Program-made: the position numbers and the translations under genes
Notes under the pieces: model-generated
Database searches by the model: none
What the model was told of the DNA's origin: nothing
The model's input: the letters and a program-made list of their open reading frames with translations, nothing else
Shown: positions 1 through 6,588 of the stretch, one piece after another
Layout: the number at the start of each line of letters is the position of its first letter
Numbering within the stretch: position 1 is the first letter of the stretch
NCBI GenBank assembly: GCA_009103225.1
Contig: RHPI01003588.1
Coordinates: 1 to 9,833 of the forward strand
Origin: Chlorokybus atmophyticus
Taxonomy: Eukaryota > Plantae > Mesostigma and Chlorokybus algae
DNA length: 9,833 nt
Direction: 5' to 3'

Positions 1-8
1 ACAATTAA

Positions 9-28
9 CCCCACCCCACCCCACCCCA
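9..28 (-). repeat. (CCCCA)4, i.e. (TGGGG)4 on the transcribed strand, in intron 1 of the carbonic anhydrase gene
   Basis: Four perfect CCCCA units are read directly at 9-28, 26 nt into the intron that starts at 54 on the minus strand. Confidence 0.9.
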
Positions 29-54
29 AGACCATCCCCTACACATTCACTCAC

Positions 55-284
55 CCGATCCATAGTATCTCAGGCGACTGCCCCAATGCGAGTCTATCAA
101 AGAACGTCGGGTCCGCCTTCCTAATAGCTTCCGCCCACAACCGGTTATTGGCGAACAGCTCATCCTTCACCGTCTGCGACCCTCCCTCGCCAACAGGACG
201 CGGCGGCTGAGGCCCGCCCATCTCGACGGGACGCCAGCTAGCCTTCACGGGCTTTAGCACCTGCGCCGCCGCCGCCGGCTGCAT
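55..284 (-). CDS. Beta-class carbonic anhydrase, first coding exon (gene continues beyond the left edge)
   Basis: The translation ends ...ELFANNRLWAEAIRKADPTFFDRLALGQSPEILWIG, the typical beta-CA N-terminal helix and QxP...WIG segment that precedes the Zn-binding CxDxR motif. The apparent stop at 51-53 lies inside a phase-2 donor, ATC GG|GTGAGT (intron starts at 54). The ATG at 284 gives an extension of about 40 aa, and a second Met is at 221. Confidence 0.9.
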
Positions 285-322
285 GAGGGGGGGAGGCTAA
301 AACCCAGTGAGGAGGAGGAGGA

Positions 323-342
323 GGGGAAGGGATGGGCGGGGG
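323..342 (+). other. G-quadruplex-forming motif upstream of the carbonic anhydrase start codon (template strand)
   Basis: GGGGAAGGGATGGGCGGGGG has four G-tracts of at least 3 G with 1-2 nt loops, inside a purine-rich tract at 286-352. Confidence 0.5.
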
Positions 343-664
343 AGGACTGGGACAGTGTACGGGTGAGTGATGTAATGTCGTTGCTTGTCAGCAACAGTCT
401 GCAACGACTGTCTCTCCGACGCTCTGCCGCGAGTGTTGACAACCACCTGTTGGCTGGGTGGTAGGCGCCGTGACGTGTGAGGCACGTGAGGTCCTCACGG
501 CGGGGGTGTTGGCCTGTCAGCAACCGTTGTCATTGATAACTTATCAAACTTGGACCCATGAGGACCGCGCAGTCAATCGCCCAGTGGCACAGTTGCAGAT
601 AGGGTAAACAAAGTCAATTTATCATGACTCATAACAGCAGGGTTCGTGTTGCAATGAATAAAAC

Positions 665-837
665 CGTATTTGTGCGAATCGACCCCCTATTACAACATCC
701 CCAATCATTTTCGCGGGGGGGCTTTAAATGTAACCCCTTGACGGGCATTAAGCAGCTCTATTACAACACCCCCTAATGATTTTATATTCCTTCTAGGGGG
801 GAGGGGGGGTAAAGGGAATTGTATTCGCATAAGTACG
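665..837. mobile_element. Possible degenerate MITE-like element (about 170 bp)
   Basis: The ends CGTATTTGTGCGAAT (665-679) and ATTCGCATAAGTACG (823-837) are inverted repeats with 13/15 matches, and they extend weakly into C-rich and G-rich tracts. TA at 667-668 and 834-835 could be a target-site duplication. There is an internal direct repeat: CTATTACAACATCCCCAATCATTTT (687-711) and CTATTACAACACCCCCTAATGATTTT (758-783). It has no coding capacity. Confidence 0.4.
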
Positions 838-1575
838 ATAGACAAGCTTGTACTCATCAGTGGACCCTACTGGTATTGCTGGTAAGCATATATTTAAATG
901 TCTTGTTGAACATTACTTGGTTGATATTATTTAATACTATTGCACCATCACAATCATATATGCAGCTAGCATGATGCAAACGCTCTTGCATTCATCTACC
1001 ACCCATTGCACACCTTTTATTTTTGATCAGCATAACGGCATATGTCATGCAATGCGCAACAGTTTAACCTTTTAAGACTTACTAACATATCAATGTGCGA
1101 GTGTGGACATCCATAACATATCGATTACAGACAATGCCTGCAAGTCAATAACATTCGTTATGTCATGGTCGATTGATGTTGTTGCAAGCAGAAATTTGCA
1201 TTGATTCGACTTAAGTTGATAATGCTGAAACCAAAAGCATTTACAACAGCACACCTCTGCCGCTATAAACTTGATTTGGATTGCGAATCATGCGAAGCGC
1301 AGACTGATATGCAATTCTATGCATATGAGAATTGCTACGTTAGCAGCATGTCATATCAAGTAAATTAATGCTTATGGCGCGTATTTGCACGTACACTGAT
1401 GTGTATATTAATCCTTAAAATGTTAGGCACATGCAACATGTTGCATACTCACACGTTGCTACATGCGCGTTCCGTCCGCATGTGTACACATCATCAAGCT
1501 CCGAAAAGCATGCGATCACCGGGCTCGATTGCTGTAGCGCCACATACATTTCGGTCTGAGCTATATTTATGGATG

Positions 1576-1607
1576 AATGTTATATCAAATTAATTCGATA
1601 TAACATT
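1576..1607. repeat. 32-bp near-perfect palindrome
   Basis: AATGTTATATC-A-AATTAATT-C-GATATAACATT has 15 of 16 pairs complementary. It overlaps a further 10-bp palindrome, TTAACGTTAA (1606-1615). Confidence 0.9.
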
Positions 1608-1867
1608 AACGTTAACGTCCCTTATATGTTGGGTCTTTCAATTAATTGCATTGACCTTGTAGCCAGTATGGCCTCGATTTAATAATTACAATTTTAATCT
1701 ATGGCTTATAGTAATTATGTTTTGGACAAAATATCGGTGTACGTGTTTCTATGGTATACTCATTACAAGTACTCTGCTGCCCACCTCATTAAATATGCAA
1801 ATGGGCATACAACAAGATCAATGCCTGCCCACAGGGCCTGGGCCTGAGCCTGAGCTTGTGCCTTACC

Positions 1868-2146
1868 TTACAAATTGTCCGTCGCAGGATATTGCCGTGA
1901 CTTGTATGTGCAACCGCAGCAGTGCGCAGATCGCATTGCATGCACATTACATGTAAGCGCTAAGCCAAACACCCTGAAGCAAAGATGGGCATTTGCCATG
2001 GAAAAAATAGCCAAGGCTTCTTTCCTAGCTATAGCCTTTCCAACCTTCCACAACAACTGATGCGTTCCCACGAGGAAACTTCGCAAAGCCTCTTCCGTGG
2101 CTACTGCCAAAAAATGGAAATGCTTTAGCTGTTCCTTACACAAGGA
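1868..2146 (-). other. Candidate terminal exon of an unidentified gene or pseudogene (SLCKEQLKHFHFLAVATEEALRSFLVGTHQLLWKVGKAIARKEALAIF...ATDNL*)
   Basis: A branch-like GCTAAT and polypyrimidine TCTTTTGCTAG acceptor end at 2147. The frame is open in phase 0 to TAA at 1870-1868. Minus-strand TGTAA signals lie at 1767-1763 and 1690-1686. I recognise no homology. Confidence 0.25.
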
Positions 2147-3648
2147 CTAGCAAAAGAATTAGCCGCCTTTGGCGGTAGCCACGAACGCGGCTTAGAATGA
2201 CGAAATGTTCACCGGGCAACACCCTGTCAAACATGGAAGGCCGTGTGGTCCCCAAGTCATCAGCCATGTGCACACCTGCCCATGTGCGCACATTGCCTAA
2301 ACCAACAGAAGCAACTTCTTGCCTACACGTAAACCCCGCTGATACAAGAACCTCTCTCCTTCCCCTCCTTGCACCCAACACCCCAACCTGCCTCCGGCGC
2401 CCTGCCGCCTCTGATGTGCTTCCTGCCCTTGCCTTCAACCCCACCATTGAGGTAGACCTTGATGCTGTGTGATGTTGTTAAGGTCTCGCTGCTGACCAAC
2501 ATGGCCAACACAGCGGCTGAGAGCTGAGTCACTAGGCGCAGGAGTATGGTCGGGTATATTGCTGTAGTTGGCAAGCACATGACAAAATGCCTCATGGCGC
2601 TTGTGACCGCTTGCATAATGTTTGAATGTAAAGCCCAGTACAGAGCTTGAAAGCGTATTTGGGCAGCATGGTCACCGCATGAAGGCATGCAGCTACAGGA
2701 GTCATGTCAAGCAACACATACATATACGTACATAAGCCATTGCATCCAGGTCTTAATGCGTAACCTTCGTGTCTCTTCTCTTGTCCACAACCTGCTCTGA
2801 ATCCTAGCCTGCTTTCGCAAACACCCTTGCACGCACTATCACGCCACTAGCATGCACACAAACAGCACACGCACACAAGCAGGACACACACACGCGCGCA
2901 CGCCTGCAGTAGTACAGTATGAAACAACTTTTGTGTATACATGTGTGCTCTAAGACGGCTCAGCAGCAGCACCGTTATCTTTTAATCCAGTGGCACGCCC
3001 AGCGCGCTCTGCTGCAACGTGAGCCCACAGCCGTGGTGTCCACATCGGTGTGCTTTTTAAGCTTCAAGCTCTTAGAAGAAATGCATAAGATTTGAGCTAC
3101 AGGAAGGATCAACGCCAGACAAGTCATACCATGCAATTGAGCACAAGGTTTACTAAACGGGGCAGACAACAAACGCAACATGCACGCACAACTTTGTACA
3201 AGGCTGATTGGCACAACGTGATGTGCGCATAAGACAGCCTGTTCCGTTGCAGTGTGCAAACCACAAACTTCAATGCTGCAAACCTACCCGCAACATTGAT
3301 GCTGTACCGCCATTAACAAGTTTTGTAAGCCATCGTCTGCTGCACTTGGACGGTGTCAGGTCTTACCTACACACAATACGGTTTAAAACAGTACTATGTT
3401 ACACAACTCGCAAGCATTGCATTCCCCCACCCACGGGAGGCAGCGCAGTTGAGAAGTGAAAGCGGTAAAACAGCCACACTGCGAATAGACCTATCGGTAT
3501 GGGCGTTCTGTAGGCGTGCAGTGTGGTACAAGTCAGCAACATGTTCAACATGTTTGCACAGATTCCATAGAAAAGTTGGCACAGTCATTTAGATCAACCT
3601 GTCTTAGTAAAAACATGTACGCCAACACATGTTCTGTGTACAAGTTAC

Positions 3649-4458
3649 CAGTGGAATCCCCGTGACGCTGCCGGAAGAGAACTTCTTTTGAAGCACTCTA
3701 TGCACACGTTGCCGAGCTCCTTCTTTGCTCTCATCAGCACCTTGCTCTCGTCGCAGCAGGGTACCTGTAATGGTGGTGCAGCATCGCGTGCAACACGGCC
3801 AGCAGACTCTCCTCTGAAAGGCGAGCAAATTGTGCCAATTGTCCAAGCTTGTTTGCCTTGCCGTGCTTGGTTTCAGTGTCTCCATAACTTGTGTGTTTGA
3901 AAGCTGCAGCAGAGAATGGGAGTGTAGTTAGCGGAAGATGAACGCCCATGTCTCTAGCAAGGGCATTCAATGGGCATACAAGTTGTCGGCCTCGGTACCA
4001 GGCTGAGATGGAATAGCCGGACAGTCGGGTGCCTTAACCTGCACCCGAATGTAATGTTTGAAAGGCAACATGCTACATACAAAACGAGTACAGCAGCAAG
4101 GCAGTACAGCAGCAAGGGCATACAAGTTGTCGGCCTCGATACCAGGTTGAGATGGAACAGCCGGACAGTCGGGGGGCCTTTTCCTGCACCCGAATGTAAT
4201 GTTTGAACAGCAACATGCTACATACAAAACGAGTACACAAATAGAGTCGACGATTTGGTATTGAAAGTGCTCACAAGATGACACCTCAGCAGCTTGACTT
4301 GCCGCACAGTAGACCCCTGCCCAGGTGTTGCTGTCGTTTGGGGTTAGGGGTTTGCATGCCTGGTGAGCGAGTGCCGGACGAGCTCCCGCCTTGTTGAGAA
4401 CGAAAGCCCTGCGCTCCACTAAGTACGTACGCAGCAGGAACACCGCCGCGACTACAGC
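3649..4458 (-). other. Candidate internal exons (4458-4285 and 3903-3649) of an unidentified gene or pseudogene
   Basis: Acceptor TCTGTCTCAG ends at 4459. Donor GAG|GTGTCA is at 4284. CTAAC branch plus CTGCTGCAG acceptor end at 3904. Donor CTG|GTAACT is at 3648. The 174-nt and 255-nt segments are both stop-free in phase 0, and the 4280-4720 region is GC-rich. No recognisable domain is present, and alternative exon choices exist. Confidence 0.2.
3972..4237. repeat. Tandem direct duplication of a 121-122 bp unit (3972-4092 and 4116-4237, period 144)
   Basis: Manual alignment gives 8 substitutions and 1 indel (about 92% identity). The spacer region contains its own 15-bp duplication, AGTACAGCAGCAAGG (4088-4102 and 4103-4117). 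Confidence 0.95.
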
Positions 4459-4842
4459 CTGAGACAGACGAGACGAGGACGGCCTTGGCGTGGAGCGCCT
4501 CGGCCTGCTCCGGCAACAACAGTAGCTGCAACTCCCACGGCAGCCAGCACCACACGGGTAGGGCGTCGATAGGCTTGGTTTAGTGTTATCCCAAGGACAA
4601 CAAGCATGCCAGCTTATCGCAGTCATTGAGCAGGGCGAGCAGGGCCATATCGCCGCCCTCGACTACACCTCCGGGAGGTGACCTCCCGTCACAACAGGGC
4701 TCCCGGCGATCCATTCCCCAAGAAGCACTGCATGCGCTCAGTGAATACATATATTCACAGTCTGCAAGGCGCTCACCGCGTTCGCTGAGCACAGCAAGCG
4801 AGCGTGGTGAGCCGTTATTTGGACACATCAATTCTGCCTGAG

Positions 4843-5036
4843 GTACACCCGTAAGACACCTGAGGTAACCTGTACGCCTCAGATAAAACACAGGTATACG
4901 CGTGGTACCTGTGCGGGGCGAAATTTTGATGTCGAGAGTGATTTTCTGCTAGCCAGCGGCGGTGAGGTGTTGCGGGGGCTTCAGATGGACTCGAAGGTGC
5001 ACCTTGTTCGCCTTCTCTCTCTTGACTGGCCTGTAG
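4843..5036 (+). other. Possible 5'-UTR intron of the PA-domain gene
   Basis: The acceptor-like CTTCTCTCTCTTGACTGGCCTGTAG ends at 5036. Candidate donors are GAG|GTACAC (4843), GAG|GTAACC (4865) and CAG|GTATAC (4894). An in-frame TAA between 5037 and the ATG at 5077 means that segment is untranslated. Confidence 0.35.
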
Positions 5037-5076
5037 GAGTTGGGCAACTGAGGCCTAAGAGCGTCAGGCTGTGGTG

Positions 5077-6059
5077 ATGGGGTCGGCGACCAGCCGCCTG
5101 GCTGTAATGGCGCTAGCATGGGCGTTGTTCGCCTCGCTGTGCCTGCGGCATGTTGCGCATGCCAGTTTCATAGTGAAGGACAACGGTAGGTACTGAGTAT
5201 GTTGCCGGCGCAATGCAGATTGTCAAAGCGTCCGCTTGCAATCTGTTTGATGTTTTTGTGGTGGATTTTATATGCATGTTGTTTCGCAGCCCTGCACGTC
5301 ATGGGAGCACCAGGCATCGATGGTAATTACGACGCAGCTTTTGCCGATTTTGGTGTGCCAAAGTACAGGTGGCGTCTGCAAGGCACAGTTGTGTACCCTG
5401 ATGCCAATCAAGATGGTTGCCTGCCCTTCCCTGGAGGTGGACACACATTTTCACCTCAACGTGGAGTCTTACAAATCGTGATGCTGAATCGAGGAGGAGG
5501 TAAGTGAGTGTTATGCAATACCACACACTGTGCACTTGGTTGCTAATGTCTTTGATATTGATTGTCGTTTATCATGTTACTGCCCGGTGCCACAGTGCTG
5601 GCTTGTTGCGATATACGCGCATGCGCGCAGGTTGCTATTTTACGCAGAAGATATACAACGCCCAACAAGCTGGAGCCTCAGTAGTTCTGATTGTTGATAT
5701 ATTTGACGAGCCGCTGATCACAATGGACTCGCCTGAAGATGAGTACATGCCTAAAGTCAGAATTCCTTCGGCTTCCATTCAGCTTAAGTTGGGAAACAAG
5801 ATTAAGGGCGCCATGCAGGATGGTAAAACGGTGCAGGTAGGCATACATGCTGTATGCCCAAGTGCTTATTATGCTATGGATATGCACCATCCAAACTTGT
5901 AAGTGCTCAGTTGGCTTCGTTATTGCTTCATAGGTATTGCTCAAGTGGAAATTGCCAAGACCTGCACAAAACCCAATCATGGGGTCCAAGAAACGCATGG
6001 TTCATGTTTCTACGGTATACATGTATACGTTTGTTGTCAAAACACAGCATGGCGAATAA
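5077..6059 (+). CDS. Secreted PA-domain protein, vacuolar sorting receptor (VSR/BP-80)-like but truncated after the PA domain, about 216 aa, 4 exons
   Basis: Exons are 5077-5185, 5290-5499, 5631-5836 and 5934-6059, all GT-AG and phase-consistent (651 nt). The spliced protein starts with a signal peptide, MGSATSRLAVMALAWALFASLCLRHVAHA. It continues SFIVKDN...AFADFGVPKY...GTVVYPDANQDGC...VMLNRGGGCYFTQKIYNAQQAGASVVLIVDIFDEPLITMDSPED...IPSASI...VLLKW. This follows the plant VSR PA domain (FGVPQY, VVYP, DRGxCYF, NAQxAGA, LITMDxPE, IPSA, xLDW). The 3' end of exon 4 is less certain because a possible donor exists at 6015. Confidence 0.85.
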
Positions 6060-6111
6060 CCATGTCACAGTGCTCCACATATCTATGGGCATGGGAGTGT
6101 GCATAAACCTT

Positions 6112-6160
6112 TGTAACTTGTGTGTATATAGCGCTGTAATTTTGCTTATAACTGCTTACA
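6112..6160. terminator. Clustered convergent TGTAA poly(A)-type signals
   Basis: TGTAA occurs on the plus strand at 6112-6116 and 6135-6139 (downstream of the PA gene stop) and on the minus strand at 6160-6156 (downstream of the HDAC stop). UGUAA is the established near-upstream element in Chlamydomonas-type green algae. Confidence 0.5.
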
Positions 6161-6502
6161 TGAAGATGTTATGTTTCCTAGGTGTTTGTTGCGCAACGCA
6201 GTGCGCATACTACATAGATAGTCTAAAACATGTGTGCACCGCGGGAGGGTGAGGTTTGTGTGTACAAAAGATGCAAACTGCATTATGTGCGAGCGGGAGT
6301 GTGGGGTGGGCGTAGAGCCTACATTTATAGGCTTGACACATACGTTTGATATAGGTATCGACACTTGAACTTGCTTCTGAATCTCATAACTGCATGCTCT
6401 TGCATCTGCCAGTGTAAATATTGCACTGACAACATGTTTGACGACAAGATACAGTGGGGGAGCGCATACGAAGGTTACGACGGGACACAATAAAAATTCT
6501 AT

Positions 6503-6524
6503 GAGAGAGAGAGAGAGAGAGAGA
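6503..6524. repeat. (GA)11 microsatellite in the HDAC 3' UTR region
   Basis: Read directly from the sequence. Confidence 0.95.
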
Positions 6525-6588
6525 AAACAGCAACAGGACATATGAACATGGTTAACAAGCTTGTATACAACACTAGACTGTGACGCGA

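Noticed and set aside
533-547. TTGAT-N5-ATCAA resembling a bacterial FNR/Fur-type box
   Set aside because: The context is eukaryotic and the spacing differs from the FNR TTGAT-N4-ATCAA, so I kept it only as a palindrome.
1800-3981. 13-bp direct repeat AATGGGCATACAA at 1800-1812 and 3969-3981 as element boundaries
   Set aside because: About one 13-bp match is expected by chance in a 10-kb self-comparison, and there is no other supporting terminal structure.
3972-4237. Hammerhead or HDV-like ribozyme, 5S rRNA or tRNA-SINE in the tandem unit
   Set aside because: There is no CUGANGA/GAAA core in the right geometry, the HDV P1/P2/P3 pairings cannot be built, and there is no 5S similarity or Pol III A/B box.
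4338-4350. Telomere-like GGGGTTAGGGG
   Set aside because: It is a single unit, not an array. On the minus strand it reads better as a CTAAC branch site.
3967-4626. 219-aa ORF, the longest in the track, taken as a single-exon gene
   Set aside because: It has a Cys-rich, nonsense-like N-terminus, its C-terminal half is read-through of the tandem duplication, and it has no recognisable domain. At most, part of it may be an exon.
1800-4650. Non-canonical nuclear code (TAA/TAG = Gln, as in some ulvophytes), suggested by plus-strand frames such as CAA CAA CAG TAG at about 4513-4524 and ML*LFLTQ at about 2127
   Set aside because: The 443-codon HDAC has about 19 Gln codons, all CAA or CAG, and ends at TAG where homologues end. 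The suspicious TAGs are the antisense of CTA (Leu) codons in open minus-strand frames.
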